A stretch of DNA of 64,000 bases, taken from an uncultured bacterium. GTDB lineage: Bacteria > Chloroflexota > UBA5177 > JANWHV01. Of this stretch, positions 49,800-59,453 are shown in pieces (positions within the stretch are counted from its first letter, which is position 1; each line of letters opens with the position of its first letter). The notes beneath the pieces were generated by a model. The model had not been told where the DNA came from. It saw only the letters and a list, made by a program, of their open reading frames with translations, and did no database searches. A program made the position numbers and the translations under genes. The stretch is taken from NCBI GenBank assembly GCA_963827235.1, contig CAWHAE010000012.1, positions 192,001 through 256,000 of the forward strand. Direction: 5' to 3'.

Positions 49800-50745
49800 G
49801 CCTCGCGGCCGTCGCGATGCGCGGATCGATCCAGCAGTAGATCAGGTCGACGGCCAGGCTCACCAGCACGAAGATCGTGGCGCTGAGCACGACGGCACCC
49901 TGTATGACCGGAATGTCCTCGGCATCTACCGCCTGGAAGATCACTCGCCCGACCCCGGCCCTGGAGAAGATAGTCTCCACGACCACGGAGCCGGCGAGCA
50001 GGTTGCCGACGATCACTCCCAGCATGGTGAGGGCGGGGATCGACGCCGTGCGCAGCGCGTGGCGAAGCAACACTCTCCCCCGGCCGATGCCGCGCGTGCG
50101 GGCGCTGTCGATGTAGGGCTCGGCCAGCGTCGTGCGCAGGCTCTTGGCCAGTAGCTGAGCGATGACCGACGCGGTGGGCAGCGACAGCGTGATGGCCGGC
50201 AACACCAGGCTCTTCGGGCCGATGCTTCCCAGGGCCGGAAACAGCGGCCAGTGGAACGAGAAGAGCTCGATCAGCACAAGGCCGGTCCAGAAGGTGGGCA
50301 TCGAGATGCCGATCGAGGGCAGGGTGAGCAGAAGCTGCTGCATCAGGCGGGATCGCGTGTACGTGGCAGCCAGCGCGATGCTCGCTCCCAGCAGCAGGGC
50401 AAGCAGCAGGGCCAGGGCGGCGAGCTGGAGCGTCGGCATGAACGCCTGGGCGAGCATCGTCGTGACGGTTTGCCCCGTCTGGATCGAGGTGCCGAAGTTG
50501 CCGCTCACGGCGCGGCTCAGGGCAAGAAAGTACTGCACGACGATCGGCTTGTCAAAACCGTACTCCGCCTCAATATGGGCTATCTGCGCCTGGCTGGGCA
50601 GGGTGAGCGTGGCCCCGTTGCCGCCGCCGAGCATCAGCAAGACGGGATTCCCGGGCAGCGTGTACAGGATCACGAACGAGGCGGTGAAGGCGGCCAGCAG
50701 GACGAACGCGCCCTGGGCGAGTCTGCGTGCGAGATAGAGTGCCAT
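49789..50745 (-). CDS. ABC transporter permease (DppB-like)
   Basis: LPGNP, GNFGTS, SMPTFW, ETIFSRAGVG. Confidence 0.93.
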   Translation of the reverse strand: MALYLARRLAQGAFVLLAAFTASFVILYTLPGNPVLLMLGGGNGATLTLPSQAQIAHIEAEYGFDKPIVVQYFLALSRAVSGNFGTSIQTGQTVTTMLAQAFMPTLQLAALALLLALLLGASIALAATYTRSRLMQQLLLTLPSIGISMPTFWTGLVLIELFSFHWPLFPALGSIGPKSLVLPAITLSLPTASVIAQLLAKSLRTTLAEPYIDSARTRGIGRGRVLLRHALRTASIPALTMLGVIVGNLLAGSVVVETIFSRAGVGRVIFQAVDAEDIPVIQGAVVLSATIFVLVSLAVDLIYCWIDPRIATAARRAR

Positions 50746-50789
50746 CTGTCCAGCTCCGCTTCTGGTCGGCTCGGGGGAAGCTACCGGAC

Positions 50790-52400
50790 CTACTTGCTGG
50801 TCCAGGTGTCGTAGAATTCGAGACGCGTGTTGGCCTCAAAGCGCAGGCCGTGCACGTACGGCGCCACGCCGACCACCTGAATCTGCTCGTAGAGCGGAAT
50901 GGCCAGGGCGTGGGCGACGATGTATTGCTGGGCATTGGCCGCCGCGGCCTGGCGTGCGACCGGGTCCGTGGTGGCATTGAGTTGATCCAGGTAGACCTGG
51001 AGCGCCTGCGTCTTCAGGTGCGAAAGGTTGCCGACCTTGGTCGAGAAATCCAGCAGCATCGCGTTCGGATCGCCGCGCGTCAGTCCATAGGGCACCAGAT
51101 CGTAGTTGCCGGCCGCCAGCGCGGCGAGCATGGCGCCTCGCGTGGTGGTCTGGATCTGCAGATCGACCCCGATCTGAGCCAGGTTCTCCTGCACGAACTG
51201 GTAGACCGTGGTTGGTCCCGCCTGGCCGTTCAGAATGGTGACCGTGAGGCGTCGCCCGTTCTTCTGCCGTATGCCGTCCGATCCGACCTTCCAGCCGTCG
51301 TTCTCCAACAGGGTCCGGGCAGCGGCCGGGTCGTAGCTCAGCAGCGAAGACAGATCCGTGTAGTAGGGCGTGGTCGACGAGAGGATGCTGGTAGCAGGCC
51401 TGTCGGTCGGCGGCTCGAGGGTGGCTACGAGCTGCTGCCGGTTTATTCCCTTGACGATTGCCAGCCGCACGGCCTCATCCGAGAGGATGGGTGCCGAATT
51501 GTTGGCCACCAGCTCGGAGACTGTGCCCGGATTGTCGTGAGTCAGCGTGGTGAAGCCGCTGGACGTGAGGGCGGGAATGTCCTGTTTGGTAATATCGCCG
51601 GCGGCGTCGACCTGTCCCGATTCCAGGCTGCCCGAGCGCACGCTCGCGGTCGGCACGATGTCGAAGATGAGCTTGTTCAGATAGGCATCGCCGGTATGTG
51701 TGGCCACCGCGGATGGCCAGTCGTAGCCGTCGCGGCGCGTGAGCACGATCTGCTGGCTGGGCGTGTAGCTGGTCAGCACGAATGGCCCCGATCCGATGAT
51801 GCCGCCCTGGCAGCGCTGCGCGGCCGACAGCTTGTAGGTCCGCGGCGCCTCGATCCCCAGGGTCATGGTCGACGCCGCCTGCAGGAAGCCTGCGTTCGGC
51901 TGGGCAAAGCTGATCTGCAGGCTGCCGGCGTTGAGCACCTTGGTGCCCAGGTAGCCGGGTATGTAGGTCGAGCCGACGACCGCCTTGGGTCCCAGGGCGT
52001 AGATGGCGTCGAAGCTGGACTTGACGGCGACCGCGTCCAGCCGCTCGCCATCGCTGAAGGTTATGCCGTCGCGCAGCACGAACGTGAAGACGGTCGAGTT
52101 CGCGTTCACCGTCCACGAGGAGGCGAGCCAGGGAACGATCTTACCGCTTTGCGGATCTTCGTCGACCAGGGAATCGACGAATTGCCGACCCACGTTGAGA
52201 CTCACCGTCAGGTCCGACTGCTGCGGGTCGATGCAGATCGGATCGCTGCTCAGGGCGAAGGTCACCGTGCCGCCGGATTGCGGCGCCGGCCCGGAGGCGG
52301 ACGCCGGGCGCGGTGCCTGGGGCGCTGCCAGCAAGGCGGCGGTGACGGCGGCGAGCGAAGCGGCCAGGAGCCGGTACGGTCGACGAGATGTGCGGTCCAT
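50790..52400 (-). CDS. ABC transporter substrate-binding protein, family 5
   Basis: Signal peptide; CIDPQQ, PWLASSW, FSDG, GSGPF. Confidence 0.93.
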   Translation of the reverse strand: MDRTSRRPYRLLAASLAAVTAALLAAPQAPRPASASGPAPQSGGTVTFALSSDPICIDPQQSDLTVSLNVGRQFVDSLVDEDPQSGKIVPWLASSWTVNANSTVFTFVLRDGITFSDGERLDAVAVKSSFDAIYALGPKAVVGSTYIPGYLGTKVLNAGSLQISFAQPNAGFLQAASTMTLGIEAPRTYKLSAAQRCQGGIIGSGPFVLTSYTPSQQIVLTRRDGYDWPSAVATHTGDAYLNKLIFDIVPTASVRSGSLESGQVDAAGDITKQDIPALTSSGFTTLTHDNPGTVSELVANNSAPILSDEAVRLAIVKGINRQQLVATLEPPTDRPATSILSSTTPYYTDLSSLLSYDPAAARTLLENDGWKVGSDGIRQKNGRRLTVTILNGQAGPTTVYQFVQENLAQIGVDLQIQTTTRGAMLAALAAGNYDLVPYGLTRGDPNAMLLDFSTKVGNLSHLKTQALQVYLDQLNATTDPVARQAAAANAQQYIVAHALAIPLYEQIQVVGVAPYVHGLRFEANTRLEFYDTWTSK

Positions 52401-52439
52401 GGAACTCCTTAATCTGTTCGAGAGAACGAGAGAGTGTGG

Positions 52440-52967
52440 TCAGGCGCGCGCCAGGTCGACGCGGCCCTGGATCTTCTGACCGGCCTGCACCAGGTTGAAC
52501 AGCGGGCATTGCGCCTGCACCACGGCGTGCAGCCGCTCGATGTCTTGCGCCGGCGCGGCCGAGGTGATGTGTGCCGTGTAGCTGATGTCGTGCGGGTAGA
52601 TGGGAACCTGCTCGAAGCCCGGCGTGCCGGCACGCGGATCCTGGGTGGCGGAGATCTCCACCTCGACGGCGTCGAGCGGGATCTCGAGGTCGGCGGCGTG
52701 GATGAGGAACGTGTGCGTCACGCAGCTTGCGACCGTGCCCAGGAACAGCTCCTGGGATGAAGGTCCCAGGTCGTAGCCGGCCAGGCTGGGTCCGCTGTCC
52801 AGGATCACCTGAAAGTCGCGGATGCGAATCCGCCGCACACCGCTGCGACCCTCTACTTTGACCACCGCCTTCTGCGCGATCGCGCCGGCCGCGGCCAGTG
52901 CCGCGGGCGCCCGGTTGGCGCGCACCTTCGCGCGCTTTTCGACCAAGTATTCCTGTAGCGTGCTCAT
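52440..52967 (-). CDS. OsmC family protein (two Cys)
   Basis: GPSSQELFLGTVASC ... QCPLFN. Confidence 0.85.
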   Translation of the reverse strand: MSTLQEYLVEKRAKVRANRAPAALAAAGAIAQKAVVKVEGRSGVRRIRIRDFQVILDSGPSLAGYDLGPSSQELFLGTVASCVTHTFLIHAADLEIPLDAVEVEISATQDPRAGTPGFEQVPIYPHDISYTAHITSAAPAQDIERLHAVVQAQCPLFNLVQAGQKIQGRVDLARA

Positions 52968-53101
52968 CGCACTGCCTTTCGTTTCATCTCGCTGGCTTGC
53001 GGCCGGTGCCGGCGGTCGGGTCGAGCACCCCCTCTCTACTTCCCGGCGCGCCCTTCAATCGCAAAGGTGCTGGATACCGTCGATGGTCTGGCTGCCGAAG
53101 G

Positions 53102-53653
53102 CTATGCGCTCTCCGGCTGGCGAGCGAGGGCGCCGGGCAGACGCGCGGCTTCCTCTCCGTGCCGCCAGTGGTCGTGCGCCAGGCTGCGATACTCGCCGCG
53201 GTAGTGGAGCAGCGGCTGCACGGCACTGTCGTCGGTGCCCAGATGCTGCACCGATCCCACCAGGATGACGTGATCGCCGCCCACGTGACGCTCGACCACA
53301 CGGCACTCGAGATACGCCAGCGTATCTTCGAGCAGCGGCGCGCCCAGTGCGCCCGTTCTGCACGCGATCAGATCGAACTTGTCGGCGCGCTTGGAGGCAA
53401 ACAGCCTGGAGATTGACTCCTGTTCGCGCGCCAGGATGTTCACGGCGAAGACGGCATCCTCCTGCATCAGCGCGGGATAGGTATGGCTTCGCTCGTCGAC
53501 GCAGACCAGCACGAGCGGCGGGTCGAGGGAAAGCGAGGTGAAGGCGTTCGCGGTGAAGCCCCGCGGCTCCCCTGCCGCGTCGCGCCCGGTGACGACGGTG
53601 ACACCGGTGGCGAAGTGCCCGAGTATGTGCCGGAACGCCGCTTCCGTAACCAT
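53102..53653 (-). CDS. Flavin reductase (HpaC-like)
   Basis: FATGVTVVT, SLDPPLV, GGDH, PLLHY. Confidence 0.93.
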   Translation of the reverse strand: MVTEAAFRHILGHFATGVTVVTGRDAAGEPRGFTANAFTSLSLDPPLVLVCVDERSHTYPALMQEDAVFAVNILAREQESISRLFASKRADKFDLIACRTGALGAPLLEDTLAYLECRVVERHVGGDHVILVGSVQHLGTDDSAVQPLLHYRGEYRSLAHDHWRHGEEAARLPGALARQPESA

Positions 53654-53740
53654 GTCGCGTCCTTTGTAGCCGAAAGACGGAGCCGGGCCGGCGACTGAGC
53701 GCGCCGGGCGGCGGACGCTTCCGAACGGCCGCCCACCATG

Positions 53741-53818
53741 ATAAAGTCTATTTACTCTATCGAATTGATATCAACTATGTCTATAGGCATAATAGGGAAT
53801 CACTGTGGACTGTGTCAA
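53741..53818 (-). promoter_or_regulatory. Promoter and AT-rich operator region of the monooxygenase/ABC operon
   Basis: TTGACA-18-TATTAT on minus strand; AAAGTCTATTTACTCTATCGAATT and ATGTCTATAGGCATAATAGGGAAT resemble Rrf2/CymR-type boxes. Confidence 0.65.
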
Positions 53819-54099
53819 GGGGTGCGCCTGAGGTGCGCCTGAGGTGCTGCCTACCGGGCGGCTCCTGATCCCGGCCGTTTCGGCCGCCCGCTCGCTCAGC
53901 CGAGCGAGACCCGGGGGCTCTACGCACGATGGGTCTTGCTCACGTTGCCGATCGGGACGGTACTATGGACCTCGGCGCTCGCGTACAGGGCAAGACCGCT
54001 ACCATCGCCGTTGGCCGCGCTGGTCTCGCGGTACCAGGGTGGCCATCGGCTCGCTTGGGCGAAGGCGGCCGTGAAGCACGTGATTGCGGAGATCCGGCA

Positions 54100-55161
54100 T
54101 TGAACAGTGAGACCAACCTCGAGCATCGTCTCCGTACGATCGACTGGGACGACGGCCACCTGGTAATCCTGGACCAGACCCTGCTGCCCGTCGAGAAACG
54201 TGAGATTCGCCTGGATACGATGGAGGCCACGTTCGAGGCCATTCGCGAGCTCAGGGTGCGCGGCGCGCCGCTGATAGGCGTCACCGCCATCTTTGGGCTG
54301 TATCTGGGCATGCGAGAAGCGCTGGCAAGCACGGAAGAGGACCCCGGTCGGGCGCTGGACCGCTGCGTTTCCTACCTCGCCACCGCACGCCCCACCGCGG
54401 TCAATCTCACCTGGGCCCTGCAGCACGCGGCTGCCGACCTTTCCCCCTTCCTCGGCTCACCCTCCGTGCTGCTGGACAAGCTGCTTTCGCTTGCCCACGA
54501 GATGCTGGCGCGCGACGTGGCGGCAAACCGGTCGATCGGAGTCCACGGCATGCCGCTGCTGCAACATTGCCGCTCGATCCTCACGCACTGCAACGCCGGG
54601 TGGCTGGCCACCGCCGGTTACGGCACCGCGCTGTCCCCGCTCTACGTGATGCAAGAGCTGGGCATAACGACACCGCACGTGTTCGTCGACGAAACACGGC
54701 CGGTGCTGCAGGGTGCGCGGCTGACGGCCTGGGAGCTGGTGCAAGCGGGCATCCCGGCGACCCTGATCTGCGACAACATGGCCGCCACGGTCATGGCGCA
54801 GGGCCGTGTCGAGGCCGTGATCGTGGGCTGCGATCGCATGGCCGCGAACGGCGACTTCGCCAACAAGATCGGCACCCTGGGTGTGGCGATCCTGGCCAGG
54901 GAGTTCGGCATACCGTTCTACGTCGCCCTGCCCACCTCGTCGATCGACATGGCGACGCCGACCGGCGCTGGGATTCCGATCGAAGAGCGTTCCGCGGCAG
55001 AGATAGTGCAGATCGGCGGCCACGCGATCGCGCCGCCGATCGCCGTGTTCAATCCGGCGTTTGACGTCACGCCGCACCGCTATGTGGCGGCGATCGTTAC
55101 TGAGCGCCGCGTTCTCACGCCGCCATTTGACACGGCGCTGCGCGATCTCGTCGCCAAGTGA
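54100..55161 (+). CDS. mtnA: S-methyl-5-thioribose-1-phosphate isomerase
   Basis: LDQTLLP, VRGAP, RPTAVNL, LTHCNAG, DETRP, ANKIGT, NPAFDVTP; TTG start after GGAG. Confidence 0.95.
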   Translation: MNSETNLEHRLRTIDWDDGHLVILDQTLLPVEKREIRLDTMEATFEAIRELRVRGAPLIGVTAIFGLYLGMREALASTEEDPGRALDRCVSYLATARPTAVNLTWALQHAAADLSPFLGSPSVLLDKLLSLAHEMLARDVAANRSIGVHGMPLLQHCRSILTHCNAGWLATAGYGTALSPLYVMQELGITTPHVFVDETRPVLQGARLTAWELVQAGIPATLICDNMAATVMAQGRVEAVIVGCDRMAANGDFANKIGTLGVAILAREFGIPFYVALPTSSIDMATPTGAGIPIEERSAAEIVQIGGHAIAPPIAVFNPAFDVTPHRYVAAIVTERRVLTPPFDTALRDLVAK

Positions 55162-55193
55162 CGGGGAACCGCGCCGATGACCCGATGGATCCT

Positions 55194-56165
55194 TTACTCG
55201 AGTGGCGACTCCAGATCGGCGTGCGCCGCTTCCATGAGGATGTGAAAGGCCTGGCCCTCCACGGCGGTGCCGGCGCGGTCGAAGCTCGGCGCTCCGCAGA
55301 CGTCGCGCACGAGGCCCATCTCATCCACCCTGGCGATCGCCGCCTGCCGCATCCGCGCCGCGCTGCCGAGATAGCGCGGCGGGAGCCATCCGCCGCGTAT
55401 GCCGCGAAAAACGACGTAGGCCAGCATCTGGGCCAGATTGGTCTCCACGAAGCTGTCGGGCTCGTCCACGATGTCGAAGAAGAGCCCGTCCGGGCGCATA
55501 CGCTCCAGGCAGCCGTCCAGCGTATCACGCACGTAGCCGGCGATACGCTGCTTTTCGTCCTCCATGCTGCCGGGCAGCGCGGCGATCACTCGCGCCATGC
55601 CTGCCGCCGCCCAGCCGTTGCCCACTCCCCAGTGCTGGGCCCGCTTGAAGCGCCGCCGGTCCGCGTCCCAGACATGGTGAAAGAGACGCGCTTCGGGGTT
55701 CCATAGTGCCCGGCGAAAGCCCTCCACCTGCCGCACTGCCTCCGCGGGGTAGCCGGCCACGGCGAGGAAGGGTGGCGCCATGTACATGGCATCCACCCAG
55801 ACGAGCGGTTCACCCTGGTTATGGTAGATCACGCCGTCCGGGCTCCGCGGCGCCTTCTGCAACAGATAGTCCGCCATCTGCCGCGCCGCTTGAGCCAGGC
55901 CCGAATCCCCGGTGGCTCGTGCGGCGAACAGGACAGGCTCGCCGTTCGCCGCCGGATCGGCCACCGGAGCGCGGTCGCCGTTCAAGCCGAGGCGTCCGTC
56001 CTGGGCCTGGTTGACCACCGCATCCCTGGCCAGCAGCACCACGAGATCGCGCTCTCCAAGCTCGAGAAGCGCTTGTGCCGCCACTCCCTGTTCCCAGGCA
56101 CGCCGCTGCATGGCCAGCATGGCGCGGACCACGCCGTCTACTCTCTTCCGGTCTTCGGCGTGCAT
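55194..56165 (-). CDS. Glycoside hydrolase family 88/105 protein
   Basis: WEQG, WVDAMYMAPPFLA, WGVGNGW, ETN. Confidence 0.85.
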   Translation of the reverse strand: MHAEDRKRVDGVVRAMLAMQRRAWEQGVAAQALLELGERDLVVLLARDAVVNQAQDGRLGLNGDRAPVADPAANGEPVLFAARATGDSGLAQAARQMADYLLQKAPRSPDGVIYHNQGEPLVWVDAMYMAPPFLAVAGYPAEAVRQVEGFRRALWNPEARLFHHVWDADRRRFKRAQHWGVGNGWAAAGMARVIAALPGSMEDEKQRIAGYVRDTLDGCLERMRPDGLFFDIVDEPDSFVETNLAQMLAYVVFRGIRGGWLPPRYLGSAARMRQAAIARVDEMGLVRDVCGAPSFDRAGTAVEGQAFHILMEAAHADLESPLE

Positions 56166-56247
56166 GCTTCACATCCGTTTCATGGGCAAGTACGGGTCGA
56201 TGTCGACGGTCGAAGCCGTACGGTTTTCCTCGGGAGGACTGTGCCAC

Positions 56248-56287
56248 GGCACGCTACACCCCGCATGGTAGCGGAGTGCAGCGTGCC
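56248..56287. repeat. 17-bp-arm inverted repeat
   Basis: GGCACGCTACACCCCGC-ATGGTA-GCGGAGTGCAGCGTGCC (15/17 paired). Confidence 0.6.
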
Positions 56288-56872
56288 CTGAGCGACCTGG
56301 CAATGCTTCATGCTGGGCGGCGCACCCTCTCACCTTCACCCCACTCTGCCCGGGATAAGCCGCGCAGCGGGCACAGCGGTTGAGCCGCATCACCTCGCGC
56401 ACGCGACTGAGGCTGTGCCGCCGGTCACATCTTCTTCGACATCGGCATCGCGGTCACTTTGTCTATGACCGGCACCGTCTATGACCGGCACCGTGAGCGG
56501 TCCGTTGCGAGCGGTGGCGGCGCTGCGACGTCGGACGAAGGTGGTGCCACGACCGATGTGCCTGCGACGACGGGAGTCGCGCGTGGCGCTGGTGACGTGC
56601 CGGCGGTTTCGCCCAGCGAAGGGTGTTTGCTCAAGCATCGTTAGCTTGACTACAATATGATGAATATGATGATCATGTCTAGCCCGCGTGCTCGTACTGC
56701 CTCTCTCACGTCATAGCGAGAATTGGGTCCCAACACACGACACCTTGACGCGTGAAGACTACGGGTCTCGCCGCCTTTCGGGCTGACGCCGAGAGGAGGA
56801 CCTCGGCCTCGGCGTCCACCACCGCATTCGACGACCTTCACGCAGGACCTCGCCGGCAGCCTGAGCCAGATC

Positions 56873-58189
56873 TTGGGCATGACCAGCGGCGGCGTGACCG
56901 GCAACTATCTGCGCGACGACGGCGGCAGCCTGTTGGCCAACGTGACCGGCGGCACGCGCACCTGGTACGGCACGGACACCCAGGGCAGCGTGCGGCAGAC
57001 GCTGGACGACGGCGGGAACTTCTTCGCTGCCCAGCCTTACGACCCCTATGGCATCCCGGAGACGAGCGGCCAGGTGGGCATCTTCGGCTACACCGGCGAG
57101 CTGCAGGACGGCACGACGAACGCCGAATACCTGCGTGCGCGATGGTACCAGCCGGGGACGGGCACGCTGCTGGGCGTGGACCCGGAGCTGGATAGCACGG
57201 GGCAGGCGTATGCGTATGCTGGGGATGACCCGGTGGATGGAAGCGATCCGAGCGGGGCTTGCTATACGGTAGTCGGAGCGAGAGTTCTTGATTTTTGGAA
57301 GAGTCTTGATGGCCGCGGTGCCTGCACCGCAAGCGATGAGAACGCCATTCGAACGTTCTCGTTTAGGCCGGATGTTGCAGTTACTCTAACGTCCTCGGAA
57401 CTCGCGCTGCTTACGGGCGATTCGTCAGCTGCCAGCGACCTTGAAGCGCAGAGGATTCTCACTGAACACGGCTTCGGATACCAAGTCAATGTGCCTCCGT
57501 GCTCTGGGTCGGGCAGCGCAAATGCACCAACCTCGCAACCCTCGCACGGATCCGCTGTGACGGCGGTGGCGGCGGTAGCAGTCGGCGTTGGGACTGCCGC
57601 TGGCGAAGAGGCGGACACTACAGGCGAAGGCTGCCTGTTAGGAGGGCTCTTCGGCTGCGTGGCTGGTGCAGTCGTTGGCGTCGCGATCGTGGTGCACACG
57701 ACCGTCAACATAGTCCGGTCGACCGGCGTCTCGACAACGGACACTTCGTCCCAAGACCAGCAGCGAACGTACCAGCGCTTTGTCGCAGACACGGGAGTAT
57801 TCGCGGATCGAGTAGAGGGTGGTGCAGCGCAGCGGGCGCGAGCCGATGCCATCCTCGTGAATCCGGGCTACGTTCTCTATGTGCCACAGGCTGTGGTGGA
57901 CGAGTTAGCCGATTCGCCTTCGGCAAGTCAGGCATTGCGCCTCGCCGGTGTTCCGGGAGGGGCCCAGATTAGAAGGATTGCGAACCCTCCACTCTTTGGT
58001 CTCGACTTACGGCAGGGAGCTATCATCTCGGATAACTTTGACCTAGCGGATGTCCGAGTTGTCGAGGCCGCCCGGCAACTCGGCATCCCGGTCCTTACAA
58101 CAGTCCATAGGCTTCAGAGCCAGGTCAAGGATGGCAACTTCCCGGAGCGGGTTGCTGCGTTTGGCCGGGTGCCGATCGTCTATGTTTAG
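56873..58189 (+). CDS. Orphan (5'-truncated) RHS core with hydrophobic linker and C-terminal PIN-like toxin domain
   Basis: YDPYG, FGYTGELQD, YLRARWY, YAYAGDDPVDGSDPSG; tip FVADT..VPQAVVDE..ADVRVVEAA..LTT; RHS-like sequence begins ~56831 without a proper start. Confidence 0.85.
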   Translation: MGMTSGGVTGNYLRDDGGSLLANVTGGTRTWYGTDTQGSVRQTLDDGGNFFAAQPYDPYGIPETSGQVGIFGYTGELQDGTTNAEYLRARWYQPGTGTLLGVDPELDSTGQAYAYAGDDPVDGSDPSGACYTVVGARVLDFWKSLDGRGACTASDENAIRTFSFRPDVAVTLTSSELALLTGDSSAASDLEAQRILTEHGFGYQVNVPPCSGSGSANAPTSQPSHGSAVTAVAAVAVGVGTAAGEEADTTGEGCLLGGLFGCVAGAVVGVAIVVHTTVNIVRSTGVSTTDTSSQDQQRTYQRFVADTGVFADRVEGGAAQRARADAILVNPGYVLYVPQAVVDELADSPSASQALRLAGVPGGAQIRRIANPPLFGLDLRQGAIISDNFDLADVRVVEAARQLGIPVLTTVHRLQSQVKDGNFPERVAAFGRVPIVYV

Positions 58190-58271
58190 CCACGCAACGG
58201 CTATGCCTTGCGAGCAGTCGAGTAATGGAGAGACGTGAAGCGATTCTCTCACCAACACATTCCCGAGGGAG

Positions 58272-58814
58272 TTGACATTGGCAGCGAGCGCATTCCTAGA
58301 AGTCGACTTGTACTGCGTGCACTGCGGTTCGCTCCTTACCGATATGGTCTGGTTTCAATGGGGGTACTGTAGATCTCGTATTCCCGCCGACATATCGCTG
58401 TACCATCTTGGCGATTCCATACGGTGGCATGCGTGCCCGGACGGTGCAGTTCTACCTTGGACTCAGTTTGACAATGGTGCCAAGAGCTTTGGCAGCAATG
58501 TTGGTGACCCGAGCGTTACGAACCTCGTCGTTCTGGATCAAGCCCAGTTTGGGCCGGACAGACCCAACGACAGGAAAGTGTGCGGCAATTGCGGAGCCGC
58601 TATTGATGGGGCGGCTGTGGAGATCCGGGGCGGCGTCGTCGCCAAAGCATGGGTCTGGCGAGCGGGCGACTTCGACCCCCGTACGACCTACTACCTGCTA
58701 GCGGAGGACGGGCAGAGAACACCCGTGCCAGCATGGGAAGACCGTGCGATGGACCTCTTGGCGCCTGACTGCTCGCCGTGGCCGGGTGGGCAGCACGGAG
58801 CGGACGGACTCTAA
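58272..58814 (+). CDS. Putative immunity protein with two CxxC motifs
   Basis: Immediately downstream of RHS tip; CVHC and CGNC; GAGGGAG RBS before TTG; lower GC like the tip. Confidence 0.65.
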   Translation: MTLAASAFLEVDLYCVHCGSLLTDMVWFQWGYCRSRIPADISLYHLGDSIRWHACPDGAVLPWTQFDNGAKSFGSNVGDPSVTNLVVLDQAQFGPDRPNDRKVCGNCGAAIDGAAVEIRGGVVAKAWVWRAGDFDPRTTYYLLAEDGQRTPVPAWEDRAMDLLAPDCSPWPGGQHGADGL

Positions 58815-59039
58815 TGATCATCGCGATCGCCACGGCGAAACAACCATCCCCAAGGGCGCTATAACGTTCCCGCACAATGCCATCCAGGAGCTTTCCTGCG
58901 CGACTGAGCGCCCGATCGGGAAGCTCTGCTTCACCTGTGACAATCTTCCGAACCAGAGCGTACGTTTAGGCGATTTAGCAGAGCGAGCCGAACAGTGAGA
59001 GGTGAAAAGGTCCTAGTCTGAGCCAAAGACGAGGACGTC

Positions 59040-59453
59040 GCCGCGTCAAAGCCTGGCCAGAACTACCACTACGGCTACCAGTATGACAAGCCGGGACTGG
59101 TGCCGCGGGCCGCGGAGAGCCTGGCCACGGCTTCCGGGACCGCGAGCGCCACCGTCACCGCGACCGGCACGCTCACGCCCACCGATACCGACACGCCGAT
59201 CCCGTCCGCGACCTCCACACCCACCGACACCGACACGCTGCCGCCGAGCGCGAGCAGCACGCCGAGCGCCACGCCCACCGGCGACGGCGCCGGGATGCCG
59301 GTCCTGCCCAACCCGGGCACGACACTGCAAGTCGCCGACACAGGCGGGCTCGCCGTGGAGCAGGCCGGCTTTGCCGAGGAGAGAGGGCGGAGGAGTGGCT
59401 ACACTCTTCCGCTACTCCACTACGGCAACCCGGAGACCAACTGCCCTCAATGA
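59040..59453 (+). pseudogene. RHS/YD-repeat and Pro/Thr-linker gene fragment
   Basis: In-frame NYHYGYQYDKPGL followed by PTDTDT-rich stretch; breaks into lower-GC sequence ~59370. Confidence 0.5.

Noticed and set aside
53822-53848. Tandem duplication GGTGCGCCTGA x2
   Set aside because: Short local duplication with no supporting context.
53830-54099. Possible SAM riboswitch upstream of mtnA
   Set aside because: No SAM-I/IV core motifs (ATC-AGAG, GCAACC) in the expected arrangement.
56461-56494. 16-bp tandem duplication GTCTATGACCGGCACC x2
   Set aside because: Sits in degraded intergenic sequence; possibly a scar, but no element can be assigned.
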